NCBI GenBank assembly: GCA_003216355.1
Contig: QCIX01000005.1
Span: 759-64,758, forward strand
From: Prochlorococcus sp. AG-402-N23
GTDB lineage: Bacteria; Cyanobacteriota; Cyanobacteriia; PCC-6307; Cyanobiaceae
Direction: 5' to 3'
DNA: 64,000 nt
Position 1 is the first letter of the stretch. Each line of letters begins with the position of its first letter. This document shows, one piece after another, positions 1 through 10,044 of the stretch. A program made the position numbers and the translations under genes. The notes beneath the pieces were generated by a model. That model saw only the letters and a list, made by a program, of their open reading frames with translations. It was not told where the DNA came from and searched no databases.

Positions 1-55
1 TATTGTGACTAAGCAAAATATAAAATTTGCAATTACAAATTTTTTCATAAGAATC

Positions 56-640
56 TTAAGTAAATTTTTTGTTCGATCTTTTTAAAACTAAATAAAAGGT
101 AAGAACGCTAATTGTTCCAGATGGGCCTATTAAAACATGCCAAAATTGATCGCCACTAATTGAGAGCCTTGTTCCAAAGAAAGTCGTAAAAAAAATACCA
201 AATATTGGGTAAAGGATAAAAAGCCAATCTTTAAAAACTCTTTGCCAATTTATAATTAGAAGGATACTTATAATGACTTGAAAAAGAAGAGCAATTGTTT
301 TACCAAATAAAAAATATGAGATTATTGAACATAGAGAAATGCAAAAGTTAGTTTTTTGAATAAATTTATTTTTTATAACTGATATTGATAAACACGTTAG
401 ACCCAAAGATAGGAAAGAATAAAATAACCAATTAAATAAAGACGAATGATCTACATAAATCCAAGATGTTTGGGTATGATCTATCATTTCAGAAATCGAT
501 GCCAATCCTAAAAAAATAAAACCAAAAGGTATCAACTCGTTCTTGCGAATGTGTTTGAATTTTTTGATCGATCTAATTCCTAATAATATTGGGATTATTG
601 CCGCCTGAAAATGGGCTAATAATAAAATTGAAAAAAACAA
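56..640 (-). CDS. hypothetical multi-pass membrane protein
   Basis: 194-aa ORF with several hydrophobic segments; no family recognised. Confidence 0.7.
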   Translation of the reverse strand: MFFSILLLAHFQAAIIPILLGIRSIKKFKHIRKNELIPFGFIFLGLASISEMIDHTQTSWIYVDHSSLFNWLFYSFLSLGLTCLSISVIKNKFIQKTNFCISLCSIISYFLFGKTIALLFQVIISILLIINWQRVFKDWLFILYPIFGIFFTTFFGTRLSISGDQFWHVLIGPSGTISVLTFYLVLKRSNKKFT

Positions 641-695
641 AATAAATTCTCAAACTCAATTTATCTTAAATTTAAAGTTAAAAATCATTTTCAGG

Positions 696-896
696 TTATC
701 TTGCTAGAGATAAATACCATTGCCCTATTACTATGATTAATACTGTAAGAACAAAAGGGAAGGCAGGATATCTTGTCTGAAAATTAGCTGGTGGCCAAGG
801 AGACCAAGATATTAATCTACCTTGAGGTTCGTTTGAAATAACTTTTTTTTTCGATTTTTTGGATATTAAATTGTCTGTAGCAAATCCTTTACTCAT
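696..896 (-). CDS. small hypothetical membrane protein
   Basis: 66-aa ORF, ATG start, C-terminal TM helix. Confidence 0.6.
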   Translation of the reverse strand: MSKGFATDNLISKKSKKKVISNEPQGRLISWSPWPPANFQTRYPAFPFVLTVLIIVIGQWYLSLAR

Positions 897-981
897 AGAA
901 CAAATAAAATTTACTCTAACAAATGCGTACCAAAAAGGCGTTCATATTATTCAGTTGAACTTCAATTGTTTTTTATTAGAA

Positions 982-1068
982 CGGAGGGGGTGGGATTCGA
1001 ACCCACGGTGCCCTTGCAGACACGCTAGTTTTCAAGACTAGAGCCTTAAACCACTCGACCACCCCTCC
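982..1068 (-). tRNA. tRNA-Ser(TGA)
   Basis: Reverse complement GGAGGGGTGGTCGAGTGGTTTAAGGCTCTAGTCTTGAAAACTAGCGTG...GGTTCGAATCCCACCCCCTCCG; TGA anticodon, long variable arm, T-loop. Confidence 0.97.
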
Positions 1069-1215
1069 AGGGTTAAATATACACTTTTAACTTTTGAATT
1101 ATAGCAGTATTGAGTTACAGAAAGGTTTTCTAATTTAGTAGATATTTAAAAATAAAAATATGGCTTTTGATTTATTTTTACTTGAAGTGTTTAAACGGGT
1201 CTTTCTATGAAAAAG

Positions 1216-1234
1216 TGGTCTCTATGTGGTCTCC
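1216..1234 (+). repeat. arm-type-like repeat TGGTCTCTATGTGGTCTCC
   Basis: 18/19 identical to 2044-2062; two TGGTCTC units 11 bp apart. Confidence 0.75.
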
Positions 1235-1383
1235 TCATTTTTATCGAAAAATATATATTTCTAATTTTTATCAAAATCCTTGACGTTAATTCCACTTACG
1301 GAATATCGAATTTGAATTTATAACTTTTTACGGTGCAAGTAGTGAGCTTTTCATTTAATCATTAAATTTATTTAACCTTAGTT

Positions 1384-1980
1384 TTAAAAATCTGGTTTAA
1401 TAATCCTATACCAGCTTCGGACCATTATTATTGCTGCCCAATTTGTATTTAAAACTTCATTAAATTGATAATATAACACCCATCGAGAATCATGATAATA
1501 ACCATTGTACTCTTGACAATTTGTTGATACCCATGACTGTTCATTAAGAGCTTGATTGTATGATTTTGAATAACCTGTTGTTTCCCAATATTCACCATTT
1601 CTGTCATACCATGTAAAATCGTAATAGCCTCTATATTGCTTAGAAATTTTAAATAATTTCCTGTCATCGCAAAAGAAGGTATCTTTTTTAAAACCTTTAT
1701 AATTGCCTAGAATCTTGTAATAGGCTGTTTCACATTTCTTCCAATCAGTAAAATGGTAATATCTCTCTGTCCAAGTTTTCTTTTTGGTTGGATCAAATTG
1801 ACCATCATAAGTTCGATTTGTTGAAAACTCAATCGAAACTGTAGGTAAGTGGCTTGGAGGATCTTCAGCTCTAAATCCTCTATAAGCAATATTATTGCCT
1901 TCAAAATATTTCTCACATACACTTTTTGCGTTAACAATCGGATTAGCTATTAGGTAGAGAATAATTAATAACTTTTTCAA
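1384..1980 (-). CDS. putative secreted hypothetical protein (element cargo)
   Basis: ORF 1384-2034; an in-frame TTG at 1980 gives signal-peptide-like MKKLLIILYLIANPIVNA; Tyr/Trp rich. Confidence 0.65.
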   Translation of the reverse strand: MKKLLIILYLIANPIVNAKSVCEKYFEGNNIAYRGFRAEDPPSHLPTVSIEFSTNRTYDGQFDPTKKKTWTERYYHFTDWKKCETAYYKILGNYKGFKKDTFFCDDRKLFKISKQYRGYYDFTWYDRNGEYWETTGYSKSYNQALNEQSWVSTNCQEYNGYYHDSRWVLYYQFNEVLNTNWAAIIMVRSWYRIIKPDF

Positions 1981-2043
1981 TTTAAGAAGAGTTAATAGAC
2001 CTTCATTGTATCTGGGATATTCAAAATTAAGCAATAATTTTAT

Positions 2044-2062
2044 TGGTCTCTATTTGGTCTCC
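2044..2062 (+). repeat. arm-type-like repeat TGGTCTCTATTTGGTCTCC
   Basis: second copy of 1216-1234, ~105 bp inside the distal att repeat. Confidence 0.75.
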
Positions 2063-2166
2063 CCTGTCTCGATAGGGGTATTTTATTCTTATGGTATTAC
2101 TCTTAAGATTAGTGTTATATCTACTGATTACAGATAATTTATAAATTTACTTTTTTCCCAAAAAGA

Positions 2167-2212
2167 TAGTTTTCAAGACTAGAGCCTTAAACCACTTGAC
2201 CACCCCTCCAGG
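2167..2212 (-). repeat. partial tRNA-Ser (5' half to anticodon stem), att site
   Basis: 45/46 identity to 1026-1071. Confidence 0.92.
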
Positions 2213-2345
2213 CAGAAATATTAAATTTTTAGCTTTTTAATTATAACAAAAAGAGGTTGATCTTTTTGGAAATAATTCAGAAACGCATGTCAAGTTGCAT
2301 ATCAAAGCCACTGTTAAATGAAAATAAATTTAGCTTCCAAAAAAA

Positions 2346-2495
2346 TCACCCAAAGTTGACATTTTGTTGAAATAAACCAAATAAGTTATTCCCAACTATG
2401 GCAGCGATTATTAAAACGAAGGCAACTATGGCGAAAAGAGCACTAACATCTTTTATGTCATAAGGTGCTTTAAATAAAGGTTTTTGGTCTGCCAT
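2346..2495 (-). CDS. small membrane protein (49 aa)
   Basis: Manually translated MADQKPLFKAPYDIKDVSALFAIVAFVLIIAAIVGNNLFGLFQQNVNFG; one TM helix. Confidence 0.6.
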   Translation of the reverse strand: MADQKPLFKAPYDIKDVSALFAIVAFVLIIAAIVGNNLFGLFQQNVNFG

Positions 2496-2583
2496 TGTTA
2501 TCTAATATATAAATGCAATTGAATTATATTATTTAATGCTTGTGGGAAGTATTAAGTTATTTTTTACTCTAAGAATGGATAAT

Positions 2584-2610
2584 AAAAAAGCCACTTTTAG
2601 TGGCTTTTTC
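2584..2610. terminator. intrinsic terminator (bidirectional geometry)
   Basis: AAAAAAGCCAC-TTTTA-GTGGCTTTTT hairpin just downstream of the DUF4278 ORF. Confidence 0.8.
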
Positions 2611-2628
2611 TTTTGATGGTTAAATAAA

Positions 2629-2730
2629 CTAGCTTGTGTAAGCTTTTCCTCTATAAGTTAGTTCATTGTGCTGCTTTTTAGCTGCTTCTTTGTTCTGGAC
2701 GTACTTTTGTCCTCTGTAAATTAGAGTCAT
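2629..2730 (-). CDS. DUF4278-family small protein (33 aa; Yfr6-encoded peptide type)
   Basis: MTLIYRGQKYVQNKEAAKKQHNELTYRGKAYTS with duplicated LxYRG motif. Confidence 0.85.
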   Translation of the reverse strand: MTLIYRGQKYVQNKEAAKKQHNELTYRGKAYTS

Positions 2731-2747
2731 TTTTTTAGCTCCGGTTT

Positions 2748-2810
2748 CGCTTAAGTCCCCGTTCCATGGCTTAGGTCGATTTGCGGCTTGCTATACGCAA
2801 GTTGAACGTT
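2748..2810 (-). ncRNA. glutamine riboswitch type II (Downstream-peptide motif)
   Basis: CGTTCA...GCCGCAAATCGACCTAAGCCATGGAACGGGGACTTA; CGTTC/GAACG pairing; directly upstream of DUF4278. Confidence 0.85.
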
Positions 2811-2813
2811 TTG

Positions 2814-2827
2814 GTAGCGGTTGCTAC
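2814..2827. promoter_or_regulatory. NtcA binding site
   Basis: GTA-GCGGTTGC-TAC (GTA-N8-TAC) between a -10-like TATTAT and the riboswitch; repressor geometry. Confidence 0.75.
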
Positions 2828-3035
2828 AAATTTATAATAACATCCATTGAAATTATTTGTCTAGGTTTTTAATAAATAAACTTAATATATTAATGATAGA
2901 TTAGGTTTATGATAAAAATATTTATCATAATCTCGGCTTAATTGCTTACAGGTTACATTTTGTACGTTTTTGAGAAGTATTTTTTATTTAATGAACTTTT
3001 AAATGTAAAATTCTTAAGATTATAAAATTTGTTTT

Positions 3036-3230
3036 ATGTTTTCTAGAAGCAAAAAACCTACAGTAAAAAAATCTGCAATAGTTGATGAGACTCCATTATT
3101 TGCTCAATTATTACCATTCGCGAACAGGATGAATGATAAGGTCCAATTGGTAAATGCTTTGGCTTTTACTTTTATTATGGGATTCTCAATATTTGGAATT
3201 GCTCTGTGGAAACTATCAGGATTGACCTAA
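3036..3230 (+). CDS. small membrane protein
   Basis: 64-aa ORF, C-terminal TM helix. Confidence 0.65.
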   Translation: MFSRSKKPTVKKSAIVDETPLFAQLLPFANRMNDKVQLVNALAFTFIMGFSIFGIALWKLSGLT

Positions 3231-3493
3231 TTATTTAATTTTTGCAAACCATCAATTTTTGATTCTTTGTTTTCAATTATGGTTATTAACCATCTAGAGG
3301 CTAGGCCTCTGGATATTGATCTATTTTTTAGTAATCTACATATATAAACGTGTAGATTTTTTTCGTTTTTGGAGTTAAATTTTTCCTCAAAATCTAAGAT
3401 ATCCTCATCTGATGTTCTTTTTCTTAGCTCATCCACCAATGCATGACTAGAGGAATCATTAAAAAAGTTCCCAATATTTAAGCTTAATGTCAT
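3227..3493 (-). CDS. conserved hypothetical protein
   Basis: 88-aa ORF with ATG start downstream of nrdJ. Confidence 0.65.
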   Translation of the reverse strand: MTLSLNIGNFFNDSSSHALVDELRKRTSDEDILDFEEKFNSKNEKNLHVYICRLLKNRSISRGLASRWLITIIENKESKIDGLQKLNN

Positions 3494-3581
3494 AAATAAT
3501 TTATGTCCCTATTTAAGAGGTAGCCATAAATTAAATTTTTAAAAACTAATTTATATTTTTTATTTACAAATAATTCAAAAT

Positions 3582-5915
3582 TTAATCTTTTGGTTTAGCA
3601 AGAGGAAGCAAGCACTTATCTGAATCACAACCTGCTGGTCCTGCTTCAGATAGTTCTCCAACATCATATTTATTAAGAGCGTCAAAGAAATCGTTATTGA
3701 CTTTCCTTTCTATTACTTTATTCTGCAATGATATATATTCCTCTTTACTTATTGGTTCAAAGGGTAATCTCGGGAAAGTAGCGTTAGCACTAAATCTAGC
3801 CAGCAATGCTGCTGAAATATATCCCTCATTATTTTCTATTGCATTATGAATAGCCTTAGCTAAATCCTCGATTTCATTTTCTCTAAATTCTACGGTTGCA
3901 GAGGTATTATGCTCTGTGTAAAATTTCTGCACTTGCATGTAAAAATCAAATTGAGCTAATGCTGAGAAATTATTGATGTCTATTTGGTCTGCGCCGTCTA
4001 TATTTGCCCAACTAACTTCTGTAGGGATTTCAACTAACCATTCTGTACATCTTGGGTCAAATGGATTATCGAGCAAGCAACCATTTTCATCTTTATCAGA
4101 TTGAGATGGAACAACTGAGTAACCATAATCCATGCAAGCTAAAGCGATTGGGTCATTTTTCCTGAAGGTTATTCTTCTTATGAATCTTTGAGCCTTTGGA
4201 GGATGCCAACCTGGAGCTGCTCCAGTAAGAAGGCTTTTAGTTCCAGCTGGCTGAACTGTTGTGCATCTATTTGGTCTCCTTAGATTATGCTTATCACAAT
4301 ATTCCCATACAGTTTCTTTTACTATTTTTCTCCAAGAATCTAAGAATTTAGCCTCCTTTTCTTTGAAGGCCTTCCCTTCTTCGCTATTTGGCCTTCCTGA
4401 TTCCCACCATTTCAACCATGGCGTCCCAAAGGCATGGACACAAAAATCAAATAATCCAGTGAAACTTACACCTACGATAGGATCATATTCCCTACTTTTT
4501 CTGTAACGCTCAACTTCAAATTCATGATTAAGTAAGCATGCTACAGAAAGAGCGGCTGCTTTAAAAGCTTTTTTTTGCTCTTCAAAATTTCCTGGATCAA
4601 TCTGATTTAAATGAACTTCAGCTAAATTGCAATGGAAATCATTTCCCAAGATCTCCCCACAAGGGTTAAGTCCATATCGGCTCATCCTGTGATCTAACTC
4701 TTCTTCTGAAAAAGGACCATAACTACTATTTATCCAATTTCTCGCTTCATCCTTGCCTTGTTCTGAATAGATTTCAATAAATTCCTTTCTCAATTCATCA
4801 TCTTTGAGAATATCTGCATTTGACCTTGCGATTGCTTCTGGAGCAAATTGAATAGCTCCCTCACCTGAATGGAATTGTTTCGTTACTGCATCCAAAACAG
4901 TTTGGTAATTGGGCTTTGTATGGTAAACCCTAGTATGATTGGCCATTCTTAGGGCATCTTTTTCAGGATCTATTCTCCAATTACCATTCTCATCTTGACT
5001 CCATAAATTTTCTTTTGCTGATGCGGCTTCCTTATCATCTGAAGCAAATTGCCTCATTCCAGCGCTTCTTCTTATATTCCCAGCAACTATGGTTACTGCA
5101 GCTTCATCAATTAATAAACAACACTCTACTGTACTTAATTTTCTACCAATTGCCTTTCCAAGGAGGGAGGCAACTCTAGAGTAAAGATCTTTCAATTTGA
5201 TAGGATTTGCCATACCACCAAAACCTTTTAACGATTCTCCAGCAGGCCTAATATCTTCCAAATCAATATAAACATCAATTTCTCTTTCAAGACTTTCGTT
5301 ACTTGATGCCTCAAGAAGATATTTATAGCTATCTACCCATCCTCTTCTGCTATCTCCAACTTTGATATGAAGATCTTTTCCTTTAATTTCTAATGATGAC
5401 TTTTCTTCTCTTTGATCTTTAGGAGTTTTTCCAACTTCACTGACTGATTTAATATTTATTTTGTTAATTACCGTAGGTAGATTATTTATAAAATGAGGCT
5501 CAATAATTGCACCTGTTCCACATCCCATCATTGCTAAGTCCATCATTAATGCGAAGGCTTCCCAATCAATTAAGTTTGTTGAGGTACAGTTGTATGCTCC
5601 TGAGAAATTTTGGTTCTTATTAATCCAAGGGGTTCCGCCTATCCATAACCATCTTCCTGAAGGTTGGGCTTTTTGGTTACTTTGCATCTCTCTCATCAGG
5701 ATCAATTCTTCTTCAGAAAGTTTTCCTAATTCTTTTAATCCCGATAAATTCCTTTCTCCTACTTCGCTCCAGTTCTCCCTTTTGCCAGATGAAGTTTTTC
5801 TACTGTAAGATCTGAAAAAAACTGGATAAGCAGCTGGCGCAGTCTTTGGAAAATCATCTTTTTTAAGATTATTGGAATTGCTCTCTGAAGAAGCTTTATT
5901 TGGTGCAACAGTCAC
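3582..5915 (-). CDS. nrdJ: class II adenosylcobalamin-dependent ribonucleotide reductase
   Basis: AYNC, GLNPCGEI (thiyl radical Cys), TTVQPAGTKSLL, C-terminal GCDSDKC. Confidence 0.95.
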   Translation of the reverse strand: MTVAPNKASSESNSNNLKKDDFPKTAPAAYPVFFRSYSRKTSSGKRENWSEVGERNLSGLKELGKLSEEELILMREMQSNQKAQPSGRWLWIGGTPWINKNQNFSGAYNCTSTNLIDWEAFALMMDLAMMGCGTGAIIEPHFINNLPTVINKINIKSVSEVGKTPKDQREEKSSLEIKGKDLHIKVGDSRRGWVDSYKYLLEASSNESLEREIDVYIDLEDIRPAGESLKGFGGMANPIKLKDLYSRVASLLGKAIGRKLSTVECCLLIDEAAVTIVAGNIRRSAGMRQFASDDKEAASAKENLWSQDENGNWRIDPEKDALRMANHTRVYHTKPNYQTVLDAVTKQFHSGEGAIQFAPEAIARSNADILKDDELRKEFIEIYSEQGKDEARNWINSSYGPFSEEELDHRMSRYGLNPCGEILGNDFHCNLAEVHLNQIDPGNFEEQKKAFKAAALSVACLLNHEFEVERYRKSREYDPIVGVSFTGLFDFCVHAFGTPWLKWWESGRPNSEEGKAFKEKEAKFLDSWRKIVKETVWEYCDKHNLRRPNRCTTVQPAGTKSLLTGAAPGWHPPKAQRFIRRITFRKNDPIALACMDYGYSVVPSQSDKDENGCLLDNPFDPRCTEWLVEIPTEVSWANIDGADQIDINNFSALAQFDFYMQVQKFYTEHNTSATVEFRENEIEDLAKAIHNAIENNEGYISAALLARFSANATFPRLPFEPISKEEYISLQNKVIERKVNNDFFDALNKYDVGELSEAGPAGCDSDKCLLPLAKPKD

Positions 5916-5957
5916 GATAAAAAAAAACGTATGTAAATAACCCGTACTGGAAGAATA

Positions 5958-6004
5958 ACTCTACCTGTGGCGTCTGCAACTATTCTTACCACTATTTAAC
6001 GGTT
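5958..6004. promoter_or_regulatory. tandem NrdR boxes
   Basis: ACTCTACCTGTGGCGT (5958-5973) and CCACTATTTAACGGTT (5989-6004), 31 bp apart, upstream of nrdJ. Confidence 0.6.
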
Positions 6005-6050
6005 TGTGTAGAATTATGTTTAATATGAAATCTTTGTTTCAAGAAAGGAT

Positions 6051-6746
6051 ATGGAAAGAGTCCCCGAACCTGAATTAATGGAAGAAAAAGAGCAGGTCAT
6101 TTCTTATGACGAAGCTGATTTTTCAGAAGGGGAAGTTAATCTAATTAATCAAATAAATCAATATTTTTTGAAAAAAAATATTTCTTTAGGTGAAAAAGAT
6201 TTAATAGTTGATTTAGGATGTGGCCCAGGAAATATTTCAGAGAAGTTAGCAAAAAAATGGCCTAATACTGCAGTCTTAGGAATAGATGGTTCTAAAGAGA
6301 TGATTTTGAGAGCAGAATATAATAAAAGTATTTCTAATAATCAAAAAAAGTTAAAAAATTTACGCTACATTTGTTCTGACATCAAAGACATTAAATCAAA
6401 TAATTTTTTATTTAAAAAAAGAATTAGTTTACTTGTAAGCAATAGCTTGATTCATCACATTACCAATCTTGAAGATTTCTTCAACACAATAAGAAGTTTA
6501 TCTAGTGATATCACTGTAAATTTTCACAAGGACTTAAAAAGGCCATTAGATGAAAAGTCTGCTTTAGAACTCAAAGCACAATGTTCAACTAAATATAATG
6601 AGATTTTAACTAATGATTATTATGCATCTTTAAGAGCTTCTTATACTTTTAAAGAGTTAAAAAATTTCATCTTAGAGAATGATCTATCCTCTTTAGATGT
6701 GTTTGAGGAAGGTGAAAATTATTTAATAGTCTATGGTAATGTTTAA
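6051..6746 (+). CDS. class I SAM-dependent methyltransferase
   Basis: VDLGCGPG motif I; GIDGS. Confidence 0.88.
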   Translation: MERVPEPELMEEKEQVISYDEADFSEGEVNLINQINQYFLKKNISLGEKDLIVDLGCGPGNISEKLAKKWPNTAVLGIDGSKEMILRAEYNKSISNNQKKLKNLRYICSDIKDIKSNNFLFKKRISLLVSNSLIHHITNLEDFFNTIRSLSSDITVNFHKDLKRPLDEKSALELKAQCSTKYNEILTNDYYASLRASYTFKELKNFILENDLSSLDVFEEGENYLIVYGNV

Positions 6747-6777
6747 GAACTAAGTGAAAGGCCCTTATATTATATAA

Positions 6778-8415
6778 ATGAGCTTAGGTACTAAAATTCT
6801 AAATAATAGAGAAATACTGGATGCGGTAAATAAAAGAAGAAATTTTGCTATTATTTCACATCCAGATGCTGGGAAAACGACTCTTACCGAGAAGCTTCTT
6901 TTGTATGGAGGTGCCATTCAACAGGCAGGAGCAGTAAAAGCTAGGGGTAATCAGAGAAAAGCCACCTCAGACTGGATGGAACTTGAGAAACAAAGAGGTA
7001 TTTCTATTACATCAACTGTATTGCAATTTGAATATGAAAGATCTGTAATTAATCTATTAGATACTCCAGGACACCAAGATTTCTCCGAAGATACTTATAG
7101 AACATTAGCTGCTGCTGATAATGCAGTTATGTTGGAAGATGCTGCTAAAGGACTAGAACCTCAAACTAGGAAATTGTTTGAAGTTTGCAAGATGCGAAAA
7201 ATACCAATATTTACTTTCATTAATAAAATGGATAGACCAGGAAGAGAGCCATTTTCGTTACTTGATGAAATTGAATCAGAACTTGGATTAAATACCCTAC
7301 CAATAAACTGGCCAATTGGGAGTGGCGAGGAATTTAGAGGGGTTATTGATAGATTTTCGAGAGAGGTGATTTTATTTGATAAAGCAGTGAGAGGGAAACA
7401 ATCGAATGAGAAAAGATTAAGTCTTGAAGATAAAGAGCTATCAAAATATGTAGAGAGAGATTTACTTGAAAACTCACTTGAAGAATTAGAGGTTCTTGAT
7501 GAGGCAGGATCTAAATTTGAAAAAGAAAAAGTTTTTAATGGCTCTTTAACCCCAGTTTTCTTTGGATCTGCCATGACTAATTTTGGCGTAAGGCCATTTT
7601 TAGATAGTTTTTTAAAAATGGCACAAAAACCAACTTCAAGAAATAGTAATAAAGGCGATATTGAACCTGCAAGCGATGAATTTAGTGGGTTTGTTTTTAA
7701 GCTTCAGGCAAATATGGATCCAAAGCACAGAGATAGGGTTGCTTTTATAAGAGTTTGTAGTGGCAAATTTGAAAAGGATATGTCAGTTAAACATTCCAGA
7801 ACTGGGAAAACAATTAGATTATCAAGACCACAAAAAATATTTGGGCAAGATAGAGAAGTAGTTGATGATGCCTATCCTGGAGATGTTATTGGTTTAAATA
7901 ATCCAGGGATGTTTTCTATTGGAGATACTCTTTATACGGGTGCTCATCTGGAATATGAGGGTATCCCATCCTTTAGTCCTGAAATATTCAGCTGGCTAAG
8001 AAATCCAAATCCCTCAGCATTTAAAAACTTTAGAAAGGGTGTTAATGAACTTCGAGAAGAAGGAGCTGTTCAGATTCTTTATGACTTTGATGAGAGTAAA
8101 AGAGACCCTATACTCGCAGCTGTTGGTCAATTGCAGTTGGAGGTAGTAACTCACAGATTAAAAAGTGAATATGGTGTAGATGCAAATCTTGAAGCAATGC
8201 CATATCAATTGGCTAGATGGATTTCTGATGGATGGCCAGCCATTGAAAAACTAGGCAGAATATTCAACTGTAAAATAGTTAAAGATTGTTGGAATAGGCC
8301 AGTTATTCTTTTCAAAAATGAGTGGAATCTAAATCAGTTTGTTGAAGACAATAATCAATTAAATTTAAACAAAGTTGCGCCTGTTGTTAGTGGAGTCGAA
8401 CCAATTTTTTTATAA
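6778..8415 (+). CDS. prfC: peptide chain release factor 3
   Basis: [37 protein letters not shown]. Confidence 0.97.
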   Translation: MSLGTKILNNREILDAVNKRRNFAIISHPDAGKTTLTEKLLLYGGAIQQAGAVKARGNQRKATSDWMELEKQRGISITSTVLQFEYERSVINLLDTPGHQDFSEDTYRTLAAADNAVMLEDAAKGLEPQTRKLFEVCKMRKIPIFTFINKMDRPGREPFSLLDEIESELGLNTLPINWPIGSGEEFRGVIDRFSREVILFDKAVRGKQSNEKRLSLEDKELSKYVERDLLENSLEELEVLDEAGSKFEKEKVFNGSLTPVFFGSAMTNFGVRPFLDSFLKMAQKPTSRNSNKGDIEPASDEFSGFVFKLQANMDPKHRDRVAFIRVCSGKFEKDMSVKHSRTGKTIRLSRPQKIFGQDREVVDDAYPGDVIGLNNPGMFSIGDTLYTGAHLEYEGIPSFSPEIFSWLRNPNPSAFKNFRKGVNELREEGAVQILYDFDESKRDPILAAVGQLQLEVVTHRLKSEYGVDANLEAMPYQLARWISDGWPAIEKLGRIFNCKIVKDCWNRPVILFKNEWNLNQFVEDNNQLNLNKVAPVVSGVEPIFL

Positions 8416-8466
8416 AGTCTTAATGGATTATAAAATTAGTTAATCTGTTAGTATTGGTAAAAAATT

Positions 8467-9141
8467 TTGGATTCAAACAGTAATAAAAATAATAACGAAA
8501 AATCACCTTACGAAATTTTAGGTGTAAAAGAAGGTGCTGCTTTTGAGGATATACAGAAGGCTAGAGACATTAAAGTTAAAGAGGCTGGTGAAGACTTAAT
8601 TTTAAAAGCGAAAATAGAATCTTCCTTTGATCAATTACTCATGGGTAGTTTGAAAGCCAGGCAATCAGGAAATGTAAGCTATGAAGCTGTGAGTGCCTCA
8701 AAAAAAGAAAAACAAATTAATCAATTTACCAATAATAATTTCCCACTTCTTTCTAAGATAAAAAATTTAAATAATAACTCTAACAATTCAAGTCAGTATA
8801 GTCTGCCAAAAATAACTACCCCCTCATTTGATAATCTTTCAATAAAAATATCTGTTGGGCTATTATTTTTAATTTTGTTATTTATCAGTCCAGACTCTAA
8901 TAATAGGCTTTTACTCTCTATCTCAACATTAATACTTACCTATACTCAAATTAAATCAGGGAAAAGATTTATAGGTTCTCTGGGTTGGAGTGTTACCTTT
9001 CTCTCGATAGGATTAATATTTGGTGGATTGCTTGAAAATAATTTTTTCATTCAGGAAGTATCAAACAACTCTTTATCAATACAAAAAATTCAAAGTATTC
9101 CGGCCATGGTTATTTTATGGCTAGGCGTAATTTTTTTATGA
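8467..9141 (+). CDS. CPP1-like (DUF3353) J-like membrane protein
   Basis: SPYEILGV...[13 protein letters not shown]-like N-terminus plus C-terminal TM helices. Confidence 0.8.
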   Translation: MDSNSNKNNNEKSPYEILGVKEGAAFEDIQKARDIKVKEAGEDLILKAKIESSFDQLLMGSLKARQSGNVSYEAVSASKKEKQINQFTNNNFPLLSKIKNLNNNSNNSSQYSLPKITTPSFDNLSIKISVGLLFLILLFISPDSNNRLLLSISTLILTYTQIKSGKRFIGSLGWSVTFLSIGLIFGGLLENNFFIQEVSNNSLSIQKIQSIPAMVILWLGVIFL

Positions 9142-10044
9142 TTGATTTTCTATCATAGTTTTAATTTCTTCATAATTTATAAGATATTTATTTTTACAAA
9201 ATTCACAAACCAACTCTGCTTTGCCATCTTTCTTGAGGATGTCCTCTAACTCGCTCCTATCAAGCATTTTCATCGCATTTAAACTTCTTTGTTTGGAACA
9301 CTTGCATTTAAAACTCACTTCTTGAGAACGAGCTTTTTCAGAGATTGATTTATCGTCAATATCGGGAAATATATTTCTAATTAACTCAAGAAGATTATCT
9401 TTTGACTTAAATAGATCTTCGCTGAAAGAATTAATTTCTTTGCATCTTTCTTCAAGTAGTGAGACAAGTAGAGGGTCAGTATCTTTTTTAGGTAAAACTT
9501 GAGCTAGTAAGCCACCACTACAAATAACACTTTTATTTTGAATTTTTTCTCCAATAAATACAGCAGAGGGAGTTTGCTCTGAATGATATAAATATGAAGC
9601 TAAGTCTTCAGCAATATTTCCATTTACTAATTCAACAGTGCTTGTAAAGGGTTCTCCAAATCCACTATCTCTAATTACATTTAAATATCCCGTACCTAAT
9701 GCTTTTGTAAAATCAAAAGAATATTTATTATTGCTTATTTTGACAAGGTCTAATTCTAAATTAGGATTCCCTACATAACCCCTAACTTTTCCGTCTCTAC
9801 CTGCATCAACTAGTAATCCTTTTAAAGGTCCGTCAGATCTAACTCTTAAAGTAACTCTTCCATGCATTATCTTCATCGAGCTTGCCAAAAGCAGTGAAGC
9901 ACTAAATGCTCTTCCTAAGATACAGGTGGTTAAATAAGAAAGACCGTGTCTTTTTTTTGCTTCTAAAGAAGATTCTGTTGTTAAGACTGCAACTAATCTT
10001 ATCCCTCCATTTGCTGCAGTAGCTCGAACTATCCTATCCTGCAT
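9136..10044 (-). CDS. hslO: Hsp33 redox-regulated chaperone
   Basis: [24 protein letters not shown]...CEFC zinc motif. Confidence 0.95.
   Translation of the reverse strand: MQDRIVRATAANGGIRLVAVLTTESSLEAKKRHGLSYLTTCILGRAFSASLLLASSMKIMHGRVTLRVRSDGPLKGLLVDAGRDGKVRGYVGNPNLELDLVKISNNKYSFDFTKALGTGYLNVIRDSGFGEPFTSTVELVNGNIAEDLASYLYHSEQTPSAVFIGEKIQNKSVICSGGLLAQVLPKKDTDPLLVSLLEERCKEINSFSEDLFKSKDNLLELIRNIFPDIDDKSISEKARSQEVSFKCKCSKQRSLNAMKMLDRSELEDILKKDGKAELVCEFCKNKYLINYEEIKTMIENQS

Larger units (their letters stand above)
1026..2212. mobile_element. non-autonomous integrative mini-element at tRNA-Ser, bounded by 46-bp att direct repeats
   Basis: 1026-1071 and 2167-2212 are identical except one base; internal paired TGGTCTC repeats; one cargo ORF; no integrase. 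Confidence 0.75.

Noticed and set aside
859-1041. 60-aa + strand ORF
   Set aside because: Antisense to tRNA-Ser and the 696-896 gene; shadow ORF
1240-1380. Possible decayed integrase C-terminus inside the mini-element
   Set aside because: Only a weak RKW-like fragment across frameshifts; no catalytic motif can be supported
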